Positions 15,632 to 24,931 of a stretch of 64,000 nucleotides of DNA are shown in pieces; within the stretch, counting starts at the first letter, position 1; each line of letters begins with the position of its first letter. This DNA comes from an uncultured Alphaproteobacteria bacterium (GTDB lineage Bacteria; Pseudomonadota; Alphaproteobacteria; HIMB59; GCA-002718135), in NCBI GenBank assembly GCA_902553945.1, contig CACDMT010000003.1, forward strand, positions 9,332 to 73,331, given 5' to 3'. A model generated the notes under the pieces. That model did no database searches. It had not been told where the DNA came from and saw nothing but the letters and a program-made list of their open reading frames with translations. Position numbers and translations under genes: made by a program.

Positions 15632-17335
15632 ATGGATAAATTTGTTTCTCAAACAGAAACTTCTCTAAAAAAGAAGAAAAGACGGTGGTCTACTAAAGGA
15701 AGACAGCTAGAAGATAATTATTTAGAAGAAGTATCAAAGTTATTTGGTAAAACTGACTTTAAGCGTGATGAACTCATAGAATATTTGCATGTATTGCAGG
15801 ATAATTTTGGAGTGCTTTATGACAAGCACCTAGTTGCTCTATCTACATTAATTAATATACCATTTTCTGAAATATATGAAGTAGCGACATTTTATGCTCA
15901 TTTCAACATAGTTAAAGATAATAAAACTTTTAATCCTATTAAGGTTGTAAGAGTCTGCGAGAGTTTGACTTGTGAATTATTAGGAGCTCAAAGATTATTA
16001 AAAGATATAAAAAGTTTAGAGAATAAAAATATTAAAGTAGTTCCTGGTCCTTGTATGGGGAGATGTCAAGTTGCACCTACTGTATGTGTTGGAAAAAATT
16101 ATGTTGATAATGCAAATCTAGACAGTGTAAAAAAAATTATTGACGAAAAAGATTTTGAACCAGTAATTCCAAATTATATTGATCTCAAAAAATATAAAAA
16201 TGAAGGTGGATATATTATTGCAAAAAAAATTAAAGATGGTGAAATAACTAAAGAAGAAGTTTTAAAATCATTAAATGAGAGTGGATTAAAAGGCAAAGGA
16301 GGAGCTGGATTTCCTACTGGAAAAAAATGGGAAATTGTTTCAAGTTACAAAGGAAAAAAATTTGTTGCTGTTAATGGAGATGAAGGTGAGCCAGGTACTT
16401 TTAAAGATCGCACATATCTAGAGAGCGATCCTCATAGATTTTTAGAAGGCGCTTTAATAGCTTCTTATATTATAAATGCTAATAAGGTTTATATTTATAT
16501 GAGAGATGAATATCCTGCTGTTATTAAAATTCTAAATGACGAGATTAAAAAACTAGAAGAAGAAAAGCTTATCGAAAAAAATTATCTTATAATTAGAAGA
16601 GGGGCTGGAGCTTATATTTGTGGTGAAGAGTCTGCAATGATTGAGAGCATTGAGGGAAAACGAGGTTTACCACGGCACAGACCGCCATACGTTGCAGAAG
16701 TAGGGCTATTTGGATGTCCTACATTAACAAATAATTTAGAAACTCTTTTTTGGGTTAGGGATATTATTGAAAAAGGTTCTGAATGGTTTGCTGGTCAGGG
16801 CATTGATGGGAAAAAAGGATTTCATAGTTTTTCAGTTTCAGGAAGAGTAAAAGATCCTGGTGTTAAGGTTGCACCAGCTGGTATTACAATTCAAAAATTA
16901 ATTGATGATTTTTGTGGTGGTATGGCAGATGGCCACAAATTTAAAGGTTATCTTCCAGGTGGTGCATCAGGTGGTATACTACCCGCATCAATGAATAATA
17001 TTCCATTAGATTATGGATCAAAAGAACTCTCAGATGCAGGGTGTTTTTTAGGATCAGCTGCTATAGTGGTTTTATCGGATAAAGATAGTATGAAAGATGT
17101 AGCTCTTAATCTATTAAAATTCTTTGAAGAGGAAAGTTGTGGTCAATGCACCCCATGTAGATCTGGTACAGAAAAAACAGTAAAACTCATGAAAGAAAAA
17201 AAATGGAATAAAGAAAAATTAGCAGATTTATCTGAGGTAATGTCACAAGCTTCAATATGTGGTTTAGGACAAGCTGCTACTAATCCTTTAAATTCAGTAT
17301 TAAAATATTTTGAAAATGAAATTACTTATGAATGA
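15632..17335 (+). CDS. fdsB: NAD-dependent formate dehydrogenase beta subunit (fused NuoE-like and NuoF-like diaphorase)
   Basis: 567 aa. The N-terminal third has the NuoE-type 2Fe-2S pattern (VCESLTC...GPCMGRCQVAP). The remainder is NuoF-like (GLKGKGGAGFPTGKKW, NGDEGEPGTFKDR, ESCGQCTPCR). Confidence 0.85.
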   Translation: MDKFVSQTETSLKKKKRRWSTKGRQLEDNYLEEVSKLFGKTDFKRDELIEYLHVLQDNFGVLYDKHLVALSTLINIPFSEIYEVATFYAHFNIVKDNKTFNPIKVVRVCESLTCELLGAQRLLKDIKSLENKNIKVVPGPCMGRCQVAPTVCVGKNYVDNANLDSVKKIIDEKDFEPVIPNYIDLKKYKNEGGYIIAKKIKDGEITKEEVLKSLNESGLKGKGGAGFPTGKKWEIVSSYKGKKFVAVNGDEGEPGTFKDRTYLESDPHRFLEGALIASYIINANKVYIYMRDEYPAVIKILNDEIKKLEEEKLIEKNYLIIRRGAGAYICGEESAMIESIEGKRGLPRHRPPYVAEVGLFGCPTLTNNLETLFWVRDIIEKGSEWFAGQGIDGKKGFHSFSVSGRVKDPGVKVAPAGITIQKLIDDFCGGMADGHKFKGYLPGGASGGILPASMNNIPLDYGSKELSDAGCFLGSAAIVVLSDKDSMKDVALNLLKFFEEESCGQCTPCRSGTEKTVKLMKEKKWNKEKLADLSEVMSQASICGLGQAATNPLNSVLKYFENEITYE

Positions 17336-20081
17336 AAAAAAAATTAAATTTTATTTAAACGATAAAAAAGTTGAAGCCGATTATAATGAAACAATTTGGC
17401 AAGTATCAAATAGATTGGGTGTTGAAATTCCCCACCTCTGTTATTCTGATAAGCCTGGATATAGAGCTGACGGCAATTGTAGAGCTTGTATGGTTGAAAT
17501 TGAGGGAGAACGTATTTTAGCTGCATCATGCATTAGAAAACCATCAGAAAATATGAAGGTAAGTACTTCATCTGATAAAGCAAAAAAATCTAGAGAACTA
17601 GTTTTTGAATTACTTCTCTCTGATCAGCCCAAAAAAGACATTGCACATGATAGTAATTCTGCTTTTTGGAATTGGATAGATAAAGTTGAAGTAAAAGAAA
17701 GTAGATTTCCAAAAAAGGCTCCCTGCCAATCAGACATTTCTCATCCAAGTATGGCAGTAAACTTAGATGCATGCATACAATGTAATCTTTGTGTGAGAGC
17801 ATGCAGAGAGGTTCAAGTAAATGATGTTATTGGCATGGCTTATAGAGGAGAAAATTCTAAAATAGTTTTTGATTTTGATGACCCTATGGGCGATAGCACA
17901 TGTGTTGCTTGTGGAGAATGTGTTCAAGCATGTCCCACAGGCGCTCTTATGCCTTCATCAGTAGTTGATAAAAATGGTGTTGGGCATAGCAATGTAGATG
18001 ATAAAGTTAATAGTGTCTGCCCATATTGCGGTGTTGGATGTCAAATTGAATACAATGTTAAAGATAATAAAATAAAATATGTAAATGGTATTGATGGTCC
18101 TGCAAATAAAAATAGACTTTGCGTAAAAGGAAGGTTTGGATTTGACTATGTAAATAATCCAGAAAGACTAACTAAACCATTAATAAGAATTCAAGATAAA
18201 GAAAAAGATTTACATCCAAGTATTAATTTTTCAAACATACACGAATATTTTAGAGAGTCTACTTGGGATGAAGCTTTGCAATATGCAGCTAACGGCTTTC
18301 TTGAATTGAAAAAGAAAAGAAATGGAAAGAGTAACTTAGCAGGATTTGGTTCTGCAAAATGTTCAAACGAAGAGGCTTACTTATTTCAAAAACTAATTAG
18401 AACTGGCTTTAATACCAATAATGTTGATCATTGTACTAGACTATGTCATGCATCTTCAGTAGCTGCTTTACTAGAAACAATAGGATCGGGCGCTGTAACT
18501 GCTCCATTTTATGAAGTAGAGCACTCAGAAGTAATTATTGTTATAGGAGCTAACCCTTCAGAAAACCATCCAGTTGCTGCTACTTTTTTTAAAAATGCAT
18601 CAAAAAAAGGTGCTAAACTTATTGTAATGGATCCCAGAGGACATTCTCTAAAAAAACATGCAACACATATGTTACAGTTCAAACCAGGAAAAGATGTAGC
18701 TTTATTAAATTCAATAATGAATGTTATTATTGAGGAAAACTTATTTAACTCTGAATATATTAAGAAACAAACTGAAGGCTTTGATAAATTAAGAAAACAT
18801 CTTTTAAACTATTCTCCAGAAATTATGCAGGATGAAACAGGAATAGATGCAGATTTAATTAGAGAAGTTGCTCGTTTGTATGCAACTACAAACAAAGGTA
18901 TAATTTTTTGGGGAATGGGTATTTCACAACATGTTCATGGAACAGATAATGCTAGATGCTTAATATCATTAGCTTTAATGACTGGTAATGTGGGAAAAAG
19001 AGGCTCAGGATTACATCCATTAAGAGGTCAAAATAATGTTCAAGGAGCTTCTGATGCTGGTTTAATACCGATGATGTATCCTGATTATCAATTAGTTGAA
19101 AAAAATAATAACAAAGATTTTTTTGAAAAATTTTGGAATACATCGCTTGACGAAAAAAAGGGTTTAACAGTTGTTGAAATTATGGACGCTATCCATGAAG
19201 ATATTATTAAAGGAATGTATATTCTTGGAGAAAACCCAGCTATGTCAGACCCTGATTTAAATCATGCGAGAGAAGCTTTACAAAAGTTAGATCATTTGGT
19301 TGTACAAGATATATTTTTAACTGAAACAGCTACATACGCTGATGTTATTTTTCCTGCATCAGCATGGCCTGAAAAGAATGGAACAGTAACAAACACTAAT
19401 AGACAAGTACAAATGGGAAGAAAGGCAATTAATTCTCCCGGCAAAGCAAAAGAAGATTGGTGGATAACCAATGAACTTGCAAAAAGGATGGGTTTAAATT
19501 GGAACTATAATCATCCAAAAGATATATATGAAGAAATGTCTAGAACAATGCCATCACTTAACAATATTTCTTGGGATAGGTTAGATAAAGAAAATTCAGT
19601 TACTTATCCAAGTAAATCTCCAACAACACCTGGTGATGAAATAGTTTTTGGAGATAAATTTCCAAACGAAACTGGTAAAGGTAAATTTATTCCCGCAAGT
19701 GTGACTCCTCCAAATGAAATGCCTGATAAGGAATTTGGTATGATTTTAACTACTGGGAGACAATTAGAGCATTGGCATACTGGAGCAATGACAAGAAAAG
19801 CTTCAAATCTTGACGCTATAGAACCAGAGCCCTCTGTTTCTATATCACCAAATGATATATTAAAAAATAATATGAAGCCTGGGGATAAAATAAAAGTAAC
19901 AACTAGAAGAGGTTCTTTAAATATAAAAATTAGACAAGATAGGGCTATTCCAGAAGGAGTTATATTTATTCCTTTTTGTTATAATGAAGCTGCTGCTAAC
20001 CTCTTAACAAATCCAGCATTGGACCCAGTTGGAAAGATTCCTGAATTTAAATATTGTGCCGCAAAAATTGAGAAGCTATAA
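17328..20081 (+). CDS. fdsA: NAD-dependent formate dehydrogenase alpha subunit (Mo/W-bisPGD, Cys type)
   Basis: Start taken at ATG 17328 (MNEKKIKFYLND), an 8-nt overlap with fdsB; TTG 17310 and ATG 17316 are alternatives. NuoG-like 2Fe-2S/4Fe-4S N-terminus, CPYCGVGC cluster, and active-site DHCTRLCHASS with TGT Cys at 18444-18446 where selenoenzymes have Sec. Confidence 0.9.
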   Translation: MNEKKIKFYLNDKKVEADYNETIWQVSNRLGVEIPHLCYSDKPGYRADGNCRACMVEIEGERILAASCIRKPSENMKVSTSSDKAKKSRELVFELLLSDQPKKDIAHDSNSAFWNWIDKVEVKESRFPKKAPCQSDISHPSMAVNLDACIQCNLCVRACREVQVNDVIGMAYRGENSKIVFDFDDPMGDSTCVACGECVQACPTGALMPSSVVDKNGVGHSNVDDKVNSVCPYCGVGCQIEYNVKDNKIKYVNGIDGPANKNRLCVKGRFGFDYVNNPERLTKPLIRIQDKEKDLHPSINFSNIHEYFRESTWDEALQYAANGFLELKKKRNGKSNLAGFGSAKCSNEEAYLFQKLIRTGFNTNNVDHCTRLCHASSVAALLETIGSGAVTAPFYEVEHSEVIIVIGANPSENHPVAATFFKNASKKGAKLIVMDPRGHSLKKHATHMLQFKPGKDVALLNSIMNVIIEENLFNSEYIKKQTEGFDKLRKHLLNYSPEIMQDETGIDADLIREVARLYATTNKGIIFWGMGISQHVHGTDNARCLISLALMTGNVGKRGSGLHPLRGQNNVQGASDAGLIPMMYPDYQLVEKNNNKDFFEKFWNTSLDEKKGLTVVEIMDAIHEDIIKGMYILGENPAMSDPDLNHAREALQKLDHLVVQDIFLTETATYADVIFPASAWPEKNGTVTNTNRQVQMGRKAINSPGKAKEDWWITNELAKRMGLNWNYNHPKDIYEEMSRTMPSLNNISWDRLDKENSVTYPSKSPTTPGDEIVFGDKFPNETGKGKFIPASVTPPNEMPDKEFGMILTTGRQLEHWHTGAMTRKASNLDAIEPEPSVSISPNDILKNNMKPGDKIKVTTRRGSLNIKIRQDRAIPEGVIFIPFCYNEAAANLLTNPALDPVGKIPEFKYCAAKIEKL

Positions 20082-20088
20082 ATAATAT

Positions 20089-20211
20089 ATGTTTAAGAAA
20101 ATTATAATAATATTATTTCTTGTATTTAGTCCTATTACTGCATGCTCTACATTAAGTGAAATTAATGAGAGAGTTAAAGGTGATGGAGTACCATATATAC
20201 CTGGTATCTAA
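20089..20211 (+). CDS. putative 40-aa lipoprotein (below ORF-track cutoff)
   Basis: ATG 7 nt after the fdsA stop. The product is MFKKIIIILFLVFSPITACSTLSEINERVKGDGVPYIPGI, with a basic N-terminus, a hydrophobic core and an ITAC lipobox. Confidence 0.4.
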   Translation: MFKKIIIILFLVFSPITACSTLSEINERVKGDGVPYIPGI

Positions 20212-20262
20212 GTTAAAAATTCTTGTCGAATTTCTAATTTGATTGTAAATGCAATTTTTATT

Positions 20263-20338
<76 letters not shown>

Positions 20339-20372
20339 TTAATTAAAAATTAAAATATTCATAATTTGTTTT

Positions 20373-21134
20373 CTATATTTTATAAAACTCATAAAGAGCT
20401 ATAGCAGTAGCATTTGATACATTTAAACTTTCAATTTGGTATTTTAAGTTAACTTTCATTTCTAATTTTATGATTTCATCACATTCTTTTTTTATTAAAT
20501 CTCTCATTCCTTTTCCTTCCGAACCAAAAACTAATACTGACTTTTTAGCAAAACTTAATTTAGAATTACCATTATTTGAGCTATCAAAACCATAGACCCA
20601 ATAATTATTGTTTTTGAGATTTGAAATAGTTCTTTTTAAGTTCGTTACTCTAAAATAGTTTACAACTTCAGCTGCGCCTGATGCTGCTTTAAACAAAGAA
20701 GGAGTTAATTCAGGTGCATTATCTTTAGATATTATAATTCCTTTACAATTAAATAAGGCACATGATCTCATGATAGAGCCAATGTTTTGAGGATCTGTTA
20801 TTTGATCTAGAGCTAAAATTATAGATTTAGATTGATTATCTTCATTTTTCAAAAAATCACTTAGGCTTGGCCTTTCAAATTCCTTGGTTTTTAATATTAT
20901 TCCTTGATTTGATTGCTCACTTCCATAAAGTTTTTTAAATTCTTTTTTATTAAGAATAGTGATTTTAGTTGCCTTTAAATTAAATTCTCTAACAAAATTG
21001 CGATTATTTTCATGAAGGATTAGCTCAAAATGTACTCTTTTATCATTTAAAAGGGCTGCTCGGACTGAATGAAGGCCATAAATTGTTTGATTTTTATTGG
21101 AAACATTAGATTTTTTTGATTTAATTTTGGACAT
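20373..21134 (-). CDS. rlmB: SpoU/TrmH-family 23S rRNA (guanosine-2'-O)-methyltransferase, RlmB-like
   Basis: 253 aa. IYGLHSV.AAL N-terminal substrate-binding domain, then LD.I.DP.N.G.I.RS, FG.EG.G and L.V..A..I.L.E motifs of the SPOUT fold. Confidence 0.8.
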   Translation of the reverse strand: MSKIKSKKSNVSNKNQTIYGLHSVRAALLNDKRVHFELILHENNRNFVREFNLKATKITILNKKEFKKLYGSEQSNQGIILKTKEFERPSLSDFLKNEDNQSKSIILALDQITDPQNIGSIMRSCALFNCKGIIISKDNAPELTPSLFKAASGAAEVVNYFRVTNLKRTISNLKNNNYWVYGFDSSNNGNSKLSFAKKSVLVFGSEGKGMRDLIKKECDEIIKLEMKVNLKYQIESLNVSNATAIALYEFYKI

Positions 21135-21259
21135 TTGTTTCTATCACAGATTTATTGAATTAATTCAATCTAGATATATACAAATTCTCTTTTTTTGTCT
21201 AAAAGGCCGTTGCTTTTACGAGTATATGTATTTTGCAAAGGTGAGGTTGCTGTTTTTAA

Positions 21260-21289
21260 TTGACACATGTACTAATTTATTAGTATTTG
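21260..21289 (+). promoter_or_regulatory. candidate sigma70-type promoter for the tRNA-Tyr/tRNA-Gly/tuf transcription unit
   Basis: Perfect -35 TTGACA at 21260-21265, followed by TAGTAT (15-nt spacer) or TATTTG (18-nt spacer). It lies about 15-20 nt upstream of the tRNA-Tyr 5' end. An AT-rich background makes such matches common. Confidence 0.35.
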
Positions 21290-21304
21290 CCAGTTTCTTC
21301 ATAC

Positions 21305-21390
21305 GGAGGGGTGGTCGAGTGGTTAAAGGCAGCGGACTGTAAATCCGCCCGCGTGAGCGTACGTAGGTTCGAATCCTACCCCCTCCACCA
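21305..21390 (+). tRNA. tRNA-Tyr (anticodon GUA)
   Basis: 86 nt with CCA. Acceptor GGAGGGG/CCCCTCC, anticodon arm GCGGA-CTGTAAA-TCCGC, a long variable arm and a GTAGG-TTCGAAT-CCTAC T arm. Confidence 0.95.
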
Positions 21391-21450
21391 AAATGGAGGT
21401 ATAGGATGAAAGCAAAAAGTTGAGTGTGTGATTATGCAGTCAGTTTAGTT

Positions 21451-21524
21451 GCGGGTGTAGCTTAGTGGTAAAGCTCCAGCCTTCCAAGCTGGCTACGAGG
21501 GTTCGATTCCCTTCACCCGCTCCA
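21451..21524 (+). tRNA. tRNA-Gly (anticodon UCC)
   Basis: 74 nt with CCA. Acceptor GCGGGTG/CACCCGC, anticodon arm CCAGC-CTTCCAA-GCTGG and T loop TTCGATT. Confidence 0.95.
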
Positions 21525-21552
21525 TAACAAAATATTTATTGGGGTAAATAAA

Positions 21553-22743
21553 ATGGCAAAAGCAAAATTCGAGAGAAACAAACCGCATTGTAACATAGGT
21601 ACAGTAGGTCACGTTGACCACGGTAAAACTACATTAACAGCTGCTATAACTAAAATATTAGCAGAATCAGGTGGAGCAGAATTTACAGATTATGCTAACA
21701 TCGATAAAGCTCCTGAAGAGAGAGAACGTGGAATTACTATTTCAACTGCTCACGTTGAATATGAAACTGAGAGCAGACATTATGCTCACGTTGATTGCCC
21801 AGGTCACGCAGATTATGTAAAAAATATGATTACAGGCGCTGCACAAATGGATGGTGGGATATTAGTTGTTAATGCTGCTGATGGACCAATGCCTCAAACA
21901 AGAGAACACATATTATTAGCAAGACAGGTGGGTGTACCTGCACTAGTAGTTTATATGAACAAAGTTGATCAAGTTGATGATAAGGAACTTATCGATCTTG
22001 TTGAAATGGAAATTAGAGAGCTTTTAACTTCTTACGAATTCCCTGGTGATACTATCCCAATCATCAAGGGTTCAGCTTTAGCAGCTCTTGAAGGAAGAGA
22101 TGATGAGATTGGAAAAAATTCAATACTTGAATTAATGAAAGCAGTTGATGAGCACATACCACAGCCAAGCAGACCTATTGATCAACCTTTCTTGATGCCA
22201 GTTGAAGATGTTTTTTCAATATCTGGAAGAGGAACTGTTGTTACTGGCCGTATTGAGCAAGGCCAAGTTAAAGTTGGAGAAGAAATTGAGATTTTAGGTA
22301 TTAGAGATGCACAAAAAACAACATGTACTGGTGTTGAAATGTTTAGAAAGCTTTTAGACTCTGGTGAAGCTGGAGATAACGTTGGAGTTCTGCTTCGTGG
22401 AACTAAAAGAGAGGAAGTTGAAAGAGGGCAAGTATTAGCTAAACCTGGTTCAATTAAACCTCACACAAAATTTAAAGCAGAAGCATACGTTTTAAAAAAG
22501 GAAGAGGGTGGTAGACACACTCCTTTCTTCTCTAATTATAGACCACAATTCTATTTTAGAACAACTGATGTAACAGGTACAATTAAGTTACCAGAAGGAA
22601 CTGAAATGGTCATGCCTGGTGATAATATTGCTATGGAAGTTACATTACTTTCACCTATTGCAATGGACAAAGGTCTAAAATTTGCAATTAGGGAAGGTGG
22701 TAGAACAGTTGGTGCTGGAGTTGTAGCTGAGATTATTGAATAG
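21553..22743 (+). CDS. tuf: translation elongation factor Tu
   Basis: 396 aa. [18 protein letters not shown] and NKVD GTPase motifs, with near-universal EF-Tu sequence throughout. Confidence 0.99.
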   Translation: MAKAKFERNKPHCNIGTVGHVDHGKTTLTAAITKILAESGGAEFTDYANIDKAPEERERGITISTAHVEYETESRHYAHVDCPGHADYVKNMITGAAQMDGGILVVNAADGPMPQTREHILLARQVGVPALVVYMNKVDQVDDKELIDLVEMEIRELLTSYEFPGDTIPIIKGSALAALEGRDDEIGKNSILELMKAVDEHIPQPSRPIDQPFLMPVEDVFSISGRGTVVTGRIEQGQVKVGEEIEILGIRDAQKTTCTGVEMFRKLLDSGEAGDNVGVLLRGTKREEVERGQVLAKPGSIKPHTKFKAEAYVLKKEEGGRHTPFFSNYRPQFYFRTTDVTGTIKLPEGTEMVMPGDNIAMEVTLLSPIAMDKGLKFAIREGGRTVGAGVVAEIIE

Positions 22744-22782
22744 TTTTAGAGACCGCTCTGCAAGTTCTATTACTCAAAATAT

Positions 22783-22858
22783 AGGAGTGTAGCTCAACTG
22801 GTAGAGCACCGGTCTCCAAAACCGGGGGCTGCGGGTTCAAGTCCTGCCACTCCTGCCA
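22783..22858 (+). tRNA. tRNA-Trp (anticodon CCA)
   Basis: 76 nt with CCA. Acceptor AGGAGTG/CACTCCT, anticodon arm CCGGT-CTCCAAA-ACCGG. It sits in the conserved position between tuf and secE. Confidence 0.95.
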
Positions 22859-22874
22859 AAAGACTAAGATAGTT

Positions 22875-23090
22875 ATGAACATTGAAAAGAAAAAAACATC
22901 CCCTGCACTATTTGTAAGGCAGGTTAGACAGGAACTTCAAAAGGTTACCTGGCCCCAAAGAAGAGATACATTTATATCTTCTGCAATTGTTATATTACTA
23001 ATAATTTTATTTTCATTATTCTTCTTGTTAACTGATCAGATATGGTCATTTTCAATTAAAAAAATAATTCAGATTGGATCAGGATTTTAA
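22875..23090 (+). CDS. secE: preprotein translocase subunit SecE
   Basis: 71 aa. F...V..EL.KV.WP motif followed by one TM helix, in the conserved position upstream of nusG. Confidence 0.9.
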   Translation: MNIEKKKTSPALFVRQVRQELQKVTWPQRRDTFISSAIVILLIILFSLFFLLTDQIWSFSIKKIIQIGSGF

Positions 23091-23091
23091 T

Positions 23092-23625
23092 ATGAGCGAA
23101 TGTCGTTGGTATGTATTGCATGCTTATTCAGGTTATGAAAAAAAAGTAGCAGATAGTATAGTTGATCAAGCTGAAAAACTTGGTATTTCTGATAATATTG
23201 AAGATATATCTGTTCCAACTCAAAATATTGTTGAGGTGAAAAGAGGAGTAAGGGTAAATACAGAAAGAAAAATTTTTCCAGGTTACATTTTAATAAAAAT
23301 GAAACTTAATGATGACACGTGGCATATAATTAAAACTACTCCAAAACTCAGCGGTTTTTTAGGTAATAAAGGTCAACCAGTGCCTATTAGCAATTCTGAA
23401 GCAAAAAGAATATCACAACAAGTAGTTGATGGAGTAGAAAAAACTCGTCCAGCTATAATGTATGATATAGGTGAGCAGGTTAAGGTAATTGATGGACCAT
23501 TTGCTTCTTTTAATGGAGAAATTGAACAAATTGATGAGGATAAAGCTAGACTTCGTGTGGCAGTATCAATATTTGGAAGATCAACACCTGTAGATTTAGA
23601 TTATTCACAAGTAGAGAAAGTATAA
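23092..23625 (+). CDS. nusG: transcription termination/antitermination factor NusG
   Basis: Start at ATG 23092 ([19 protein letters not shown], canonical NusG N-terminus), just after the secE stop. C-terminal KOW region ([19 protein letters not shown]). The ORF-track TTG at 23074 overlaps secE. Confidence 0.95.
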   Translation: MSECRWYVLHAYSGYEKKVADSIVDQAEKLGISDNIEDISVPTQNIVEVKRGVRVNTERKIFPGYILIKMKLNDDTWHIIKTTPKLSGFLGNKGQPVPISNSEAKRISQQVVDGVEKTRPAIMYDIGEQVKVIDGPFASFNGEIEQIDEDKARLRVAVSIFGRSTPVDLDYSQVEKV

Positions 23626-23633
23626 TAAAAATT

Positions 23634-24062
23634 ATGGCAAAAGAAATATTAGGATACATTAAATTACAAATACCTGCAGGTGGAGCAAATCCATCACCAC
23701 CAGTAGGACCTGCTCTAGGGCAAAGAGGTTTAAATATTATGGATTTTTGTAAAGCATTTAATGAAAAGACAAAAGATATTGAAAAGGGAGCTCCAATTCC
23801 TGTTGTTATTACTGCATATAAAGATAGAAGTTTTGATTTTGTTACTAAATTACCACCAGTAAGTTTCTATTTAAAAAAAGCTGCAAAAATTAAAAAAGGT
23901 AATTCAACACCAGGAAGGACTTTGGTTGGAAAAGTTTCATTAGCTGATATAGAAAAGATAGCTAAAGACAAAATGCAAGATCTTAATGCTATTGATTTAA
24001 ATGGAGCAGTTAATATGGTTAAAGGCTCTGCAGTATCAATGGGAATGGAAGTTATAAAATAA
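23634..24062 (+). CDS. rplK: 50S ribosomal protein L11
   Basis: 142 aa. [31 protein letters not shown] signature. Confidence 0.98.
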   Translation: MAKEILGYIKLQIPAGGANPSPPVGPALGQRGLNIMDFCKAFNEKTKDIEKGAPIPVVITAYKDRSFDFVTKLPPVSFYLKKAAKIKKGNSTPGRTLVGKVSLADIEKIAKDKMQDLNAIDLNGAVNMVKGSAVSMGMEVIK

Positions 24063-24751
24063 TGAAAAATACTAAAAATAGAAAAAAAATACTTGAAAAA
24101 ATTGACTTGAATAAAGTTTATGAACCTATTGATGCAATTAATATTTTAAAGCAAAATGCATTTGTAAAATTTGATGAAACATTAGATGTAGCAATAAAAT
24201 TGAATATTGATGCGAATAAAACAGATCAAAATATTAAAGGAATAACAAATTTACCAAATGGCACAGGAAAAAATATTAAAGTTGCTGCAGTAGTTGCGTC
24301 TGATAAACAACAAGAAGCTAAAGATAGTGGCGCAGATATTGTTGGTGAAAAAGAATTAATTGATGATATTTCAAATGGAAAATTAAACTTTGATTTATTG
24401 ATAGCATCCCCAGATCAAATGCCAGCTTTAGGTAAAGTTGCAAAAATTTTAGGCCCTAAGGGACTTATGCCTAATCCTAAATTAGGAACAGTTTCAAAGG
24501 ATGTTAATAGTGCTATAAAAAATGCAAAGTCTGGTCAGGTAAAATTTAAAAATGATAAAACAGGTATTGTACATGCTGGAATAGGCAAATTGACTTTTAG
24601 TGAAGAAAAACTTCAAGAAAATTTAAAAACTTTTTTTTCTTCAATTGTTAAAAGTAAACCAGAGAGTGTTAAAGGTTCTTTTATTAAAAAGGTTACCATA
24701 GCTTCAACTATGGGATGTGGACTTCAACTTAACGTAAGTAGTTTGCGTTAG
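24062..24751 (+). CDS. rplA: 50S ribosomal protein L1
   Basis: 229 aa. FDET.D....L..D....DQ..+G...LP.G.GK and LGP+GLMPNPK.GTV motifs. TAATG junction with rplK. Confidence 0.97.
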   Translation: MKNTKNRKKILEKIDLNKVYEPIDAINILKQNAFVKFDETLDVAIKLNIDANKTDQNIKGITNLPNGTGKNIKVAAVVASDKQQEAKDSGADIVGEKELIDDISNGKLNFDLLIASPDQMPALGKVAKILGPKGLMPNPKLGTVSKDVNSAIKNAKSGQVKFKNDKTGIVHAGIGKLTFSEEKLQENLKTFFSSIVKSKPESVKGSFIKKVTIASTMGCGLQLNVSSLR

Positions 24752-24931
24752 TTTAGTTCATAGATGATCTATGATCATCACCTGTCAAAGACTGCAGGAG
24801 CGAAAGCTTAATTCCCTGCATAGACTGAAGTAAGTCATTGATTTGCTTCTTGACAGGCTTAAGTTTAATCTGATGAGCAGATTATTCTTAGCTAACATTA
24901 GATTGAAAAATCTAATAAAACCGAGGTTAAT
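24752..24931 (+). promoter_or_regulatory. structured rplJ (L10) leader, autoregulatory leader candidate
   Basis: 180-nt non-coding gap, unusually long for this window and locally GC-richer. Nested helices are visible: GATGATC-TAT-GATCATC (24763-24779) and CCTGTCAA (24781-24788) pairing with TTGACAGG (24850-24857). That pair encloses TGCAGG/CCTGCA (24793-24798 with 24815-20). Hairpins also lie at 24867-24883 and 24898-24915. The position matches the known L10(L12)4-binding leader. Confidence 0.6.

Noticed and set aside
18444-18446. Possible selenocysteine (in-frame TGA) at the FDH alpha active site.
   Set aside because: The codon is TGT (Cys) and the 2.7-kb frame has no internal TGA, so this is a Cys-type enzyme with no need for a SECIS element.
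20223-20251. Possible promoter for tRNA-Thr (TTGTCG ... GTAAAT/TAAATG).
   Set aside because: Both hexamers are weak matches in an AT-rich spacer, so it cannot be told apart from background without TSS data.
21154-21169. Perfect 16-bp palindrome ATTGAATTAATTCAAT, 20 nt upstream of rlmB, as a possible operator.
   Set aside because: With about 70% A+T, a rough estimate gives a few perfect 8+8 palindromes per 64 kb by chance. It has no second copy or partner regulator in the window. It is worth a check only if conserved in relatives.
21097-21342. 81-aa ORF spanning the rlmB start, the intergenic region and the 5' half of tRNA-Tyr.
   Set aside because: It runs through a tRNA gene and a promoter region, with no domain or start context.
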